Shown here piece after piece: positions 54,372-64,000 of a stretch of 64,000 nucleotides of DNA. Where the stretch lies: positions 352,001-416,000 of the forward strand of contig CBDBPB010000004.1 of NCBI GenBank assembly GCA_965208615.1, written 5' to 3'. The notes under the pieces are model-generated. The model was not told where the DNA came from and did not search any database. It saw nothing but the letters and a program-made list of their open reading frames with translations. How positions within the stretch are numbered: position 1 is the stretch's first letter; the number at the start of each line of letters is the position of its first letter. The translations under genes and the position numbers were made by a program. The DNA is from Spirochaetota bacterium. Its GTDB lineage: Bacteria; Spirochaetota; UBA6919; CBDBPB01.

Positions 54372-54429
54372 ATTGTGTCCTTATTATTTTTTATTTTTAG
54401 CTATACTTATCTTAAATAATATGGTACAA

Positions 54430-54726
54430 TCACTTTTGAAAGGCCTTTTTCTTTATTAGCTTGGCCAGTTCATCATGAAAGATTTTATATTTTTCTTGAT
54501 CTTTTTTAATCTCATCATGTGCCTCTATATATTTCCTACTCCCATTAGTGAGGTTATAGCCCATTCTTTCGAAAAGGCTTGATAGTTTTTTATTATCTTT
54601 TCCACTATCCACAATCTCTAGAGTTACCTTAGCAAATTCCTTTGGATTCTCAAAAGGTTTAGCTACTTCACTATTACTACACGTTATTAATAATAAAGTT
54701 ATTATGGGTATATAATACATTTTCAT
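54430..54726 (-). CDS. Small putative lipoprotein
   Basis: LLLITC lipobox-like signal. Confidence 0.6.
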   Translation of the reverse strand: MKMYYIPIITLLLITCSNSEVAKPFENPKEFAKVTLEIVDSGKDNKKLSSLFERMGYNLTNGSRKYIEAHDEIKKDQEKYKIFHDELAKLIKKKAFQK

Positions 54727-55055
54727 ATTTTTTTATAACTATTTAAAAAAAAACATTCTTATAATAGTTTTACTTAACAACTTGTTATAATTTATCGAAC
54801 TTTTATTTATATAAGTTAGGAAAATTTATATTTTATAGTTATTCAATTATTGTAGGGTACGATAACCTTATTAATCGTATTAATATAGGCAATTTCTTTT
54901 GTAATCAATGTATTGTTAACAAGATTTAATAAAATAATTGTTTTAAAGTATAATTTTATTATTTTTATCAACACAATTTTATAATAAAAGTTTTATTATT
55001 AATTAGTACTTAAATTAACACCTCTGTTATAAATTACTGCTTATAGGTATACATA

Positions 55056-55667
55056 ATGAATAAAAAGCTCTTATTTATATTAATATTAACTGCTAGCTTA
55101 CTTAGTCAAGTAAATGCATATTCCATAAATAGATGGTTAAAATTCACCCCTGGTATAAGAATAAGTGGTACTGCTGTTGATATAGACTCAAGAGTACCAG
55201 ATAATGGAACTTCTACTCGATTAGATTTTGGTGGAGGTGCAACATTAGATATTCAGTTTGAAAAACACTTTGGCATAGAAATAGGCCTACTATATGCCAG
55301 AAAAGGTTCAGAATCGGGTACTAATGGTAGACGTATTTTTTTACATTATATTTCTATACCAATGGTTTCCAAGCTATGGATAGTAAGAAATAGGTTTGCG
55401 GCTATATTGGGGATAACTCATAATATTTTACTTGGTGTTGATGGACGTCTTAGCTCTCCAAATGTAGAACTCACTTTGGATAATACAAATCGATATGATT
55501 TTGGGCTGACCCTTGGTTTAAGCTATGTAATAGTACACATGGGAAAAGGCATTCACCTTGTTGGAGATTTTCGTGTTGAAATAGGTATGATAAACGTTTA
55601 TAATAGGTTTAGGCCAGAATTATTTAATAGGGTTATTCCTTATTTATCTTTTGGTATAACTTTTTAG
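55056..55667 (+). CDS. Outer-membrane beta-barrel protein (OMP_b-brl/PorT-like)
   Basis: Signal peptide, alternating beta-strands, YARKG, YISIP, terminal Phe. Confidence 0.8.
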   Translation: MNKKLLFILILTASLLSQVNAYSINRWLKFTPGIRISGTAVDIDSRVPDNGTSTRLDFGGGATLDIQFEKHFGIEIGLLYARKGSESGTNGRRIFLHYISIPMVSKLWIVRNRFAAILGITHNILLGVDGRLSSPNVELTLDNTNRYDFGLTLGLSYVIVHMGKGIHLVGDFRVEIGMINVYNRFRPELFNRVIPYLSFGITF

Positions 55668-55682
55668 ATTAAGGCTCATTAT

Positions 55683-57107
55683 TTAAAGATATTTTTGTTT
55701 TGTTAGCTTATCCACAATATAGTTTGCTAATCCAATTACTCCTTTTCTCTTATCAGAGCGTATATGTGATAGTGCAACTAATATTTCTATATAATAGGGT
55801 TCACTCATTTCTTTAAAGTTAAGATTTTGTTTCAATTTGCTAATATCATTAAAGTCGATTAACCATATATCTTTGGCAATGTCTTTTTGTAATTCTTTAT
55901 CAATTCGCTTTATATAAACAGAAGTTTTTTTATTATCAAAGTCTATATTCTTAATGGTAATTTTAACTGTATCATTTATTGGATTAAATTTACTATAAAA
56001 GCTAATATCTTTTTTATAATCCTTTAGGATTAGTCTAGCTTCTACAATTTTCATAACTGCTTTTATTCTACTAAGGGTAGCCTTATTAGCCTGAGACTTA
56101 AAATACGGACTAATATCTATTTTAAGGTTATAATTTTTATCTTGTTTATTAATTGGCTTATTTTTAGTTTTGTTATAAGGCTTAACATAAGCTTCATCTA
56201 TAACCACTACTGGTATTAGCTTATGGGGTATATATTTCTTTTTATTAATTATATTTTGTTTTAACTTGGCATTATTTTTCTTAATAAAAGAGTTAGTTTT
56301 TACTGGTAACAGCCTGCTATCACTTATCTTCCACCTAACCTTATCATCAACTATCTGAAAAGGAATCTGAAAGCTATTTTTATTTTTTGTATTTAGGACT
56401 ATATTATTCGAGTGTATTTTAACACTATCCCTAAGTTTGTTATACCCTATTGGGACTAAAAGCTTTTTCTTTTTTAAGAAATCGTCATAGATTTTATTAT
56501 TTTTGAAAGAAGACGATATTAGCCTCATATTCGTTTCGGATAAATACTCTCCAAACACCCAACCTTGTTTATGATCCTTAGTTTTTATTAGGTACCAATA
56601 GTTTTTTTTACCTGCCAGCATTTTTGACTTATTATCATTATCTATAATTTTGACTACTGTACCATCAAACAGATAGCTTATTATATTACTCTGTCTATTA
56701 GGTTCTAGTCTAAGGCGTACAAAGTCATGGTTAATTATGGCATTATTCTTTAGAACAGTATTATACAGCTTATTTTTGGATATTAGCTTATCTTCTATTT
56801 GATAATTATCTTCGGATTTGTTTACTATATTATATTTTACCTGAACTATGCCTTCTTTATTAAGGATATTTTCTATTTTAGTTAGTTGATTTAGATAGTC
56901 AGAGCTGTCTATTTTGTTAAAATCACATTCTATTAGTATTTTAGCACTTTTACTTTGGGGATAATAATACACTAATTTAAACTTTAGGGGAATATCTATA
57001 TTATTAGCGTATTCTATTTTATTATTAAGGCTTGATTTTACTGAGTTTTCCTTATCTGTGCATGATATAATAGTTATCACAATTATTAGTATAGCTATAT
57101 ACTTCAC
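55683..57107 (-). CDS. SH3b-domain lipoprotein
   Basis: IISC lipobox; VRLRLEP...WYLIKT...GWVFGEYL. Confidence 0.75.
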   Translation of the reverse strand: MKYIAILIIVITIISCTDKENSVKSSLNNKIEYANNIDIPLKFKLVYYYPQSKSAKILIECDFNKIDSSDYLNQLTKIENILNKEGIVQVKYNIVNKSEDNYQIEDKLISKNKLYNTVLKNNAIINHDFVRLRLEPNRQSNIISYLFDGTVVKIIDNDNKSKMLAGKKNYWYLIKTKDHKQGWVFGEYLSETNMRLISSSFKNNKIYDDFLKKKKLLVPIGYNKLRDSVKIHSNNIVLNTKNKNSFQIPFQIVDDKVRWKISDSRLLPVKTNSFIKKNNAKLKQNIINKKKYIPHKLIPVVVIDEAYVKPYNKTKNKPINKQDKNYNLKIDISPYFKSQANKATLSRIKAVMKIVEARLILKDYKKDISFYSKFNPINDTVKITIKNIDFDNKKTSVYIKRIDKELQKDIAKDIWLIDFNDISKLKQNLNFKEMSEPYYIEILVALSHIRSDKRKGVIGLANYIVDKLTKQKYL

Positions 57108-57223
57108 AGTTAACCCTAATGTATTTATTTACTTTAATAGGATCGTTAAAATCCTAAAAAAGTTTACTAAAATACTATACTCAGTTAGGGATATACTGCT
57201 TAACGCTATTGGATATAATATAG

Positions 57224-58261
57224 CTATTTATCTTCAGAAGAGCTCAAATACTTTTTAACGCCCTTAAAGGTCGTATTGACTTTAGATTTGGATATTGAAA
57301 AATCAAACTTACCTAAAAAAGCTACTCCTAATCCCAGCCAAAATAACTCCCTAATTCTTTTTATTATGGCATAAAATACAGCATCTGGTCTTAGATAACC
57401 CAATATATTAAAAAATAATAATATACCCCCCTCTTGGATGCCAAGACTACCAGGTATAAAGAATATTAGCCCTGTTATTATGGAGCTAAGGGATTCTATT
57501 ATTATGGCATGGCTAAAACTTATATTTATGTCCATAAGATTAAGGACTACATATATCTCAAAACTGGATATAATCCACCCAGCTGTAAAGCATATTAGGG
57601 ATAATAAAAACTTTTTCTTTTGATGATTATAAAAATAGCGTACCTTTTCATCAAAGAGGTCTAAGGTTTCTTTATATTTGTTAATCCTATTTACGTTGAT
57701 GCCAAGTTTATTAAATATAGAGTAGATTAGGTTAAACAGGCCTTTCTTAAGGCTTATTATATAACTAATTGTTATTAGAATAATTAATACTATTACACCG
57801 GCAAGTCCTGCTACTAATAGAGTTTGATGCTCTTGTGCTAATATTAAAAAGGATATTATTATACCGGTTAATATAAAAATTATTTGTCCTTTTGCCATTA
57901 GCAGTTTACCAATGTATAATGAGGCAATACCTTCTACAAAGCTTACACCGTATGGTTTTAGTATATGTGCTTTAACAACGTCTGCGGCTAAGGCACCTGC
58001 TGGATTAATACGTTTAATAAAGTCACCTACTAATTTCATTTGTAAGAGATCTATAAAGTTATATTTTTTTTCTTTAGTTATTAATACTAGTTGCCACCCT
58101 ATGGTATCCAATATAATTACTGGTATATACGGTAATAAAAAAAGAAATATTTTATATTTTGCTTCTATTAGCTTTTCCAATATCGAATATGGATCAGAAT
58201 AGTATATTATTACCGAAAAGATTATAATCCCTAGTGTTATAAAGAATAGTTTTTTTGCCAT
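57224..58261 (-). CDS. Lysylphosphatidylglycerol synthase TM / flippase-like protein (HpnL-like)
   Basis: Multi-TM; DTIGW, NPAG..AADVVKA, FFIPGSLGIQEGG, KRIREL.W. Confidence 0.75.
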   Translation of the reverse strand: MAKKLFFITLGIIIFSVIIYYSDPYSILEKLIEAKYKIFLFLLPYIPVIILDTIGWQLVLITKEKKYNFIDLLQMKLVGDFIKRINPAGALAADVVKAHILKPYGVSFVEGIASLYIGKLLMAKGQIIFILTGIIISFLILAQEHQTLLVAGLAGVIVLIILITISYIISLKKGLFNLIYSIFNKLGINVNRINKYKETLDLFDEKVRYFYNHQKKKFLLSLICFTAGWIISSFEIYVVLNLMDINISFSHAIIIESLSSIITGLIFFIPGSLGIQEGGILLFFNILGYLRPDAVFYAIIKRIRELFWLGLGVAFLGKFDFSISKSKVNTTFKGVKKYLSSSEDK

Positions 58262-58560
58262 GATTTTATTAGATAGTTGTAGGTTATAAAGTTATAGCTA
58301 GAAGATAAATAATATTTTATTTTAAGCAAGGCTTATACAATAATATTTATCGAACTACTCAGAAATTTAAATATAAAATATCAATACTAAACCTCATAAA
58401 AAGGCGTTATATGGTTATATATTATTTAGTTAAATATAGAAAATAAAATATTGGTTGTTTATTTATAAAAAATTATTAACATTAACACGCCGTGTTATTT
58501 ATAAACTTAAATTATATAGTCATAAAAATATAAAACTGTTGTACTAAAGGAGTTTTTTTA

Positions 58561-61500
58561 ATGAAAAGTATAAAAAGAGTTTTGGTTGCTAATAGAGGTG
58601 AAATAGCTATTCGTGTTTTTAGAGCCAGCATGGAGTTAGGTATTCAAACAGTTGCACTGTTTTCTCATGAGGATAGATTCGCATTACACAGATTTAAGGC
58701 AGACGAAGCATATTTAATAGGTGAAGGAAAAAGTCCTATTGCCGCGTATTTGGATATAGAAACCATTATAAACCTCGCTTTAGATAAGAATATAGACGCT
58801 ATTCACCCAGGATATGGTTTTTTATCCGAGTCCGCTGAGTTTTCAAAAGCTTGTGATGATGCTGGATTAATATTTATAGGACCAAAACCTGAGGTTATAA
58901 AAAATATGGGTGAAAAGGTATATGCTAGAAACTTGGCTATGAGTTTAGATATACCAGTAGTACCTGGAACAGAAGGCCCTATTGAAAACGATAATGATGC
59001 CATTCATTTTGCTAAAAACTATGGCTATCCTTTACTTATTAAGGCATCTATGGGTGGTGGTGGTCGTGGTATGCGTGTTGTTAGGGCAGAGAATGAGTTA
59101 ATTAATCTGCTTGAGTCTGCCAGATCAGAGGCTAAAAAGGCTTTTGGCAGTAGTGAGATTTTTATTGAAAAATATCTTGAAAATATTAGACATATTGAAA
59201 TACAGATTCTGGGGGATAACTTAGGAAATGTTGTTCACCTTTTTGAGAGAGATTGTTCTATTCAGCGTAGACATCAAAAAGTTGTAGAGGTTGCACCTTC
59301 ATCAAATCTAACCAATTCATTAAAGGAAAAGTTATATTCTGATGCAGTAAAAATAGCTAAGTCCATTAATTATACTAACGCTGGTACAGTTGAGTTTGTA
59401 GTTGACAATAATAAAAACTATTATTTTATAGAAATGAATACCAGACTCCAAGTAGAGCATACCATAACTGAAATGATAACCAATAGTGATATTGTTCATG
59501 CTCAGATCAGAATAGCAGAAGGACATCCATTAAGCCATCCCGATATAGGCATAGATAAACAAAGTTCTGTTATAAAAAGGGGATGTGCAATTCAGTGTCG
59601 TATTACTACAGAAGATCCCATGAATAACTTTATGCCTGATACAGGACGAATATTGGCATATAGAACCGCCGCAGGACACGGAATTAGACTAGATGGTGCA
59701 TGTGCTGGAGTGGGTCATAGGGTTACTCCTGATTATGATTCACTTTTAGTAAAGGTTATATCTTATGGCTCAACGTTTAAAGAGGCTATGACAAAGATGT
59801 ACAGGTCTTTAATGGAGTTTAGAATAAGGGGAGTTAAGACTAATACAGCTTTTTTAGAGAATCTTATCCAGCATCCAAAGTTTTTAAGCGGAGAGTGTAA
59901 AACTAATTTTATTGAAAGTCATCCAGAGCTTTTTGACCTTAGACCAAGAAAAAATAGGGCTAATAAGCTACTATCGTTTATTGGAAACGTAATTATAAAT
60001 GGAACAGAGGATATAAAAAACCCTATTACTGAAAAATCTTTCTTTGAGCCACCTATGCCTAAAATAGATTATAGAATGCCTATTCCAACTGGCACTAAAC
60101 AACTACTTGATAAAATTGGACCAAAAAACCTATCCAAATGGATACTTGAACAAAATCGTATTCTTATAACTGATACAACTTTTAGAGATGCTCATCAATC
60201 ATTAATAGCCACAAGAATGAGAACTTATGATATAATGAAAATTGCTAGTGCAACTGCTAAACTTGTACCAGGACTATTCTCCCATGAAATGTGGGGTGGT
60301 GCTACTTTTGATGTTTGTTATCGTTTTTTAAAGGAATCCCCATGGGATAGGCTGTCAAAGCTTAGAACTGCTATTCCTAATGTACTTTTTCAAATGTTAT
60401 TAAGATCGTCTAATGCTGTTGGTTATACTAATTATCCCGATAATATAGTAAAAGAGTTTATTAAGTTATCCTCTGAGGCTGGTGTTGACGTATTTAGAAT
60501 ATTTGATAGTCTCAACTGGACAAAGAATATGTCTATAGCTATGGATGCCGTTTTGGAAACCGGAAAGATTTGTGAAGGAGCAATATGTTATACTGGTGAT
60601 CTTTTAGACACAAATAGAGATAAGTATAATTTAAAATACTACGTAAGCATGGGAAAAGAACTTGAAAAAATGGGAGCTCATATTTTAGGAATAAAAGATA
60701 TGGCTGGTTTATGTAAGCCTCTAAGTGCATATAAGCTTATAAAGGCATTAAAGGATGAAGTTGGTATTCCAATTCATTTTCATACCCATGATACCAGTGC
60801 AAATGGCTTATCCACCCTTATGAAGGCTACTGAAGCAGGTGTTGATATTGTAGATGCCGCTATAGGACAAATGAGTGGATTAACTTCTCAGCCTAATTTA
60901 AACAGTTTAGTATTCGCACTGGCTACTAGTGATAGAAATACTGGTCTTAATAGTGATAATCTTAGTAAGCTGTCATCCTACTGGGAGATTACCAGAGAAT
61001 ATTATTATCCATTTGAGTCTGGTCTAAAAACTGGTACCGCTGATGTTTATCGTCACGAAATACCTGGTGGACAATATTCTAATTTAAGGCGTCAGGCGGC
61101 TGAGCTGGGTCTTAGCCATCATTGGGATGACCTTAAGGATATGTATGAACGAGTTAACTATGAACTTGGGGATATTGTTAAGGTTACGCCGTCTAGTAAG
61201 ATGGTTGGAGATCTTGCTATTTTAATGGTCAAGAAGAATATTAATTTTAATGATATTTATAGCTCTAATGGTAAGGGTATAGATTTTCCAAGGTCTGTTG
61301 TTGATTATTTTAAGGGTATGCTTGGTCAGCCTTATGGTGGTTTTCCTAAGAGATTACAAAAAATAGTTTTGGGTGATGATAAACCTATTACTGATCGTCC
61401 TGGTAAGTATTTGCCTCCTGCTGATTTTGATAGCACTAAAAAAGACTTAGAAGAAAAGCTAGGTCAATATATTGATAATCGTGATGTTATTAGTTATCTT

Positions 61501-61998
61501 CTTTATCCTAGCGTAGTTATCGATTATTTTAATCATATAAAAGAATATGGTGATATCTCTGTTATCCCTAGCAAAGTATTTTTTTACGGTTTAAATGTGG
61601 GAGAGGAGACTTCTATAGAAATAGAAGAAGGCAAGGTCCTTATTGTCGAATTACAGGCTATTGGTAAGCTAGAAGAAGGTTGTAGAAAAATATACTTCGA
61701 CTTAAACGGTCAACCAAGAGAAATCCTAGTACAGGATAAAGATTCTGGAGTTGAGCAAATCGGCTTTGAGAAGGCTGATTTTGATAATCCTCATCATATA
61801 GCCGCACCTATGCTTGGTAAAATTATAAGGATTAACGTTAAAGTTGGTGATGAGGTCAAAAAAGGCGAAAACCTCTTAGTTATTGAAGCTATGAAAATGG
61901 AAAATAATGTCTTAGCTAAGATTGATGGTGTGGTAGAGCGTATATCTCATCAGGAGGGCATACAGGTAGACATAGGGGATCTTTTAATGGTTATTTAG
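58561..61998 (+). CDS. pyc: Pyruvate carboxylase
   Basis: ANRGEIA biotin carboxylase, RDAHQS carboxyltransferase, EAMKM biotin site. Confidence 0.97.
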   Translation: MKSIKRVLVANRGEIAIRVFRASMELGIQTVALFSHEDRFALHRFKADEAYLIGEGKSPIAAYLDIETIINLALDKNIDAIHPGYGFLSESAEFSKACDDAGLIFIGPKPEVIKNMGEKVYARNLAMSLDIPVVPGTEGPIENDNDAIHFAKNYGYPLLIKASMGGGGRGMRVVRAENELINLLESARSEAKKAFGSSEIFIEKYLENIRHIEIQILGDNLGNVVHLFERDCSIQRRHQKVVEVAPSSNLTNSLKEKLYSDAVKIAKSINYTNAGTVEFVVDNNKNYYFIEMNTRLQVEHTITEMITNSDIVHAQIRIAEGHPLSHPDIGIDKQSSVIKRGCAIQCRITTEDPMNNFMPDTGRILAYRTAAGHGIRLDGACAGVGHRVTPDYDSLLVKVISYGSTFKEAMTKMYRSLMEFRIRGVKTNTAFLENLIQHPKFLSGECKTNFIESHPELFDLRPRKNRANKLLSFIGNVIINGTEDIKNPITEKSFFEPPMPKIDYRMPIPTGTKQLLDKIGPKNLSKWILEQNRILITDTTFRDAHQSLIATRMRTYDIMKIASATAKLVPGLFSHEMWGGATFDVCYRFLKESPWDRLSKLRTAIPNVLFQMLLRSSNAVGYTNYPDNIVKEFIKLSSEAGVDVFRIFDSLNWTKNMSIAMDAVLETGKICEGAICYTGDLLDTNRDKYNLKYYVSMGKELEKMGAHILGIKDMAGLCKPLSAYKLIKALKDEVGIPIHFHTHDTSANGLSTLMKATEAGVDIVDAAIGQMSGLTSQPNLNSLVFALATSDRNTGLNSDNLSKLSSYWEITREYYYPFESGLKTGTADVYRHEIPGGQYSNLRRQAAELGLSHHWDDLKDMYERVNYELGDIVKVTPSSKMVGDLAILMVKKNINFNDIYSSNGKGIDFPRSVVDYFKGMLGQPYGGFPKRLQKIVLGDDKPITDRPGKYLPPADFDSTKKDLEEKLGQYIDNRDVISYLLYPSVVIDYFNHIKEYGDISVIPSKVFFYGLNVGEETSIEIEEGKVLIVELQAIGKLEEGCRKIYFDLNGQPREILVQDKDSGVEQIGFEKADFDNPHHIAAPMLGKIIRINVKVGDEVKKGENLLVIEAMKMENNVLAKIDGVVERISHQEGIQVDIGDLLMVI

Positions 61999-62037
61999 CA
62001 GGCTAATGGACTATATCTTATTAACGGAATTATAAAT

Positions 62038-62466
62038 ATGACCAGTATAGAAGAAGAAATTTTAGTTCTATGTAGAGATTCTTTATCCATAAAGAGTCGG
62101 ATTATTAAAGGTGGTGTGTGGGATTTTAGATGCTATCTTGGCGGAGGTAGAAAGTTTGACTTACACAATGATAAAGGTATATATTTGAGAACTATTTATA
62201 TGAGTCGAGATTCTAAGCGTTTTGAAAATATACCAGAGGATGTTATTGATTTAAACGAAATCTATCATATTTATAGGGTAAACAATAACTTAACATCTTG
62301 GAGCAAGGAAAAGTTTAATCCAAACTTCCTTAAGGTGATATATAACCTTAAAAATAAGGGCTTAATTCTTATTTTAAAAACTATTGATGTAATGGCTGGT
62401 TTATACCACCCTACTCCATTTACGCCAGAAGAACAAGAACCCAGATTTATTAAACTAAGTTCTTAG
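62038..62466 (+). CDS. Hypothetical protein
   Basis: 142-aa ORF directly after pyc. Confidence 0.55.
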   Translation: MTSIEEEILVLCRDSLSIKSRIIKGGVWDFRCYLGGGRKFDLHNDKGIYLRTIYMSRDSKRFENIPEDVIDLNEIYHIYRVNNNLTSWSKEKFNPNFLKVIYNLKNKGLILILKTIDVMAGLYHPTPFTPEEQEPRFIKLSS

Positions 62467-62492
62467 ATATGATTAATAAATATAAAAAGACT

Positions 62493-63845
62493 TTATTTAG
62501 ATAAAGTTGTTAGCATCTCTTTTGTATAGACATACGATTCATAAAACTTATTTAATTCATCCTCTGATAAAGTCATAGAGAACATATCTTTTACTCCATC
62601 CTTTAAGGAGACTAAAGATGGATATCCAATATAAACATCCTTAATCCTATGATCCAAGTCAAACTTATCTATATACCGTGAAATAGGCCAAATAGAAGGA
62701 TAATCTTTATATAATGACTGAATAAGACTTACTGTAACGGCTGCGATTCCTCTATAGCTTGCTCCTTGTGCCTCTATAATTTTGTATGCACTTTGTTTTA
62801 TAGATTTAAAAATATTATAATACTCATCAACGCTCATATATTTGCTAATGTGTATACCGGATACAAATGAATGACTAAAAACAGGAATTGCATTATCTCC
62901 ATGAGGTCCAATCATCTGACATGTAACATCAGAAGGGTTAATCCATAAATGTTTTGCAATTTCGCTAATCATGCGAGCATTTTCTAATATACAACCAGTA
63001 CCAAATATCCTATCTTTGTTTGTATCAGAATAATTAGCAAATGCTTGAGTCATAACATCCAAAGGATTAGTAATAACAATATACAATGCCTGGGGATTAA
63101 TACCTTTAAGGTTTTCAGCCAATGTTTTAATGATCTCGTGGTTTTTATATATAAGATCATCCCTGCTTTCGCCAACCTGTTGAGGAATACCAGTCGATAT
63201 TATAATAATATCCGTATAAAATAAATCGTGGTAGTCCACAAGCTCAATAGACACATGGGGAAAGGAAACTGCAGATTCTTTTAAATCTAATAATTTTCCT
63301 TCATCTTCATCTCTATTGCGGATAGACTTAATAAATACTCTTTCACATGTCTCAGACGCAATAATTAGTTGAGCAATCTCTAAGCCTACTCGTCCTAGTC
63401 CAATTATTCCAACGGTATTAGGGGATAATACCTTTTTATGTAGTCTAGAACGTGATATTCCATTTATAATCCATGGAATTATCTTACTATCAAAGTCTTT
63501 TAGGTCTTCTTTGTCTATGAAAGTTAAAATATTGTTAGAAAGGGATAATATTTGCTTTCTTAAATCTATTCTCGTGGATATAAATATTACAGGAAGGTCT
63601 AACTCTTTATCAATGATCTTTACCAGCTCATGACCTTGCATTTTTGGCATCTCTTCATCAAGCATAACAAGATCAATAGCCATGCCTTTAAGCCTAGCAA
63701 TATCCTTCAGCACCATTAGGGGGTCATTATAAGCTATAACATCGATATTTTCATCATTTAATCGTTTTTTATAAATCTTAGTGTATATAACACTATCATC
63801 AACTGTTAATACTCGTCCTTTAACCCTCCTTTTGTTATAGGCCAT
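62493..63845 (-). CDS. Receiver (REC) domain fused to a lactate/malate dehydrogenase domain
   Basis: VDD, MLDEEMP, IS, DK receiver residues; then GLGRVG, GIPQQVGESRDDL, ITNPLD, LENAR, GPHGD. Confidence 0.88.
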   Translation of the reverse strand: MAYNKRRVKGRVLTVDDSVIYTKIYKKRLNDENIDVIAYNDPLMVLKDIARLKGMAIDLVMLDEEMPKMQGHELVKIIDKELDLPVIFISTRIDLRKQILSLSNNILTFIDKEDLKDFDSKIIPWIINGISRSRLHKKVLSPNTVGIIGLGRVGLEIAQLIIASETCERVFIKSIRNRDEDEGKLLDLKESAVSFPHVSIELVDYHDLFYTDIIIISTGIPQQVGESRDDLIYKNHEIIKTLAENLKGINPQALYIVITNPLDVMTQAFANYSDTNKDRIFGTGCILENARMISEIAKHLWINPSDVTCQMIGPHGDNAIPVFSHSFVSGIHISKYMSVDEYYNIFKSIKQSAYKIIEAQGASYRGIAAVTVSLIQSLYKDYPSIWPISRYIDKFDLDHRIKDVYIGYPSLVSLKDGVKDMFSMTLSEDELNKFYESYVYTKEMLTTLSK

Positions 63846-63910
63846 AAAAAGTGTATTCCCTTATTTTTAGCTGATATTATAGTATATCAATAAGTAACCC
63901 TATAATTATG

Positions 63911-64000
63911 TTATTTTGCACTATCAACTTTTTTAGTAGAGTCTTTTATACTATCACTATCCCATTTTTCTTCTTTCTCAGACGAAGATACTCCAACATG
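63911..64000 (-). CDS. 3' end of a CDS starting outside the window
   Basis: Open frame HVGVSSSEKEEKWDSDSIKDSTKKVDSAK*. Confidence 0.35.
   Translation of the reverse strand, partial: HVGVSSSEKEEKWDSDSIKDSTKKVDSAK

Overview
AT-rich bacterial chromosomal window, most likely from a spirochaete-like organism. This is inferred from a stand-alone fliG paralogue, a PASTA-rpe pair, and flgF-flgG-flgJ with no flgH/flgI between them. It carries mostly housekeeping genes (dapF, fliG, miaA, glgP, rpe, clpC, clpX-like, gmd/fcl, trxA, flgFG, maeB, lepA, ruvX, galU, pyc) and many frameshift-split ORFs that probably reflect long-read assembly errors. The most striking unannotated signal is a family of intergenic repeats. 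(i) A 304-bp element occurs three times (5757-6060, 30184-30487, 36552-36855). It is closed by an 11-bp inverted repeat, has internal stems with compensatory changes, and contains a conserved 20-codon ORF whose putative RBS lies in a stem, making it a candidate new structured RNA or type I toxin-antitoxin-like locus. (ii) A ~135-bp GTTACTAATT...AATTAGTAAC MITE-like element. (iii) A 4x96-bp non-coding tandem array. (iv) A duplicated RHH + Bdr/DUF1640-like gene module. The local G/C strand skew appears to flip from G-rich to C-rich at these elements. Unusual proteins include a receiver domain-lactate dehydrogenase fusion, a circularly permuted SpoIVB-type protease paired with a beta-propeller protein, HpnH/HpnL-like hopanoid genes, a degenerate ManC-like protein and an extremely Arg-rich repeat lipoprotein. 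I saw no rRNA, tRNA, CRISPR array or transposase.
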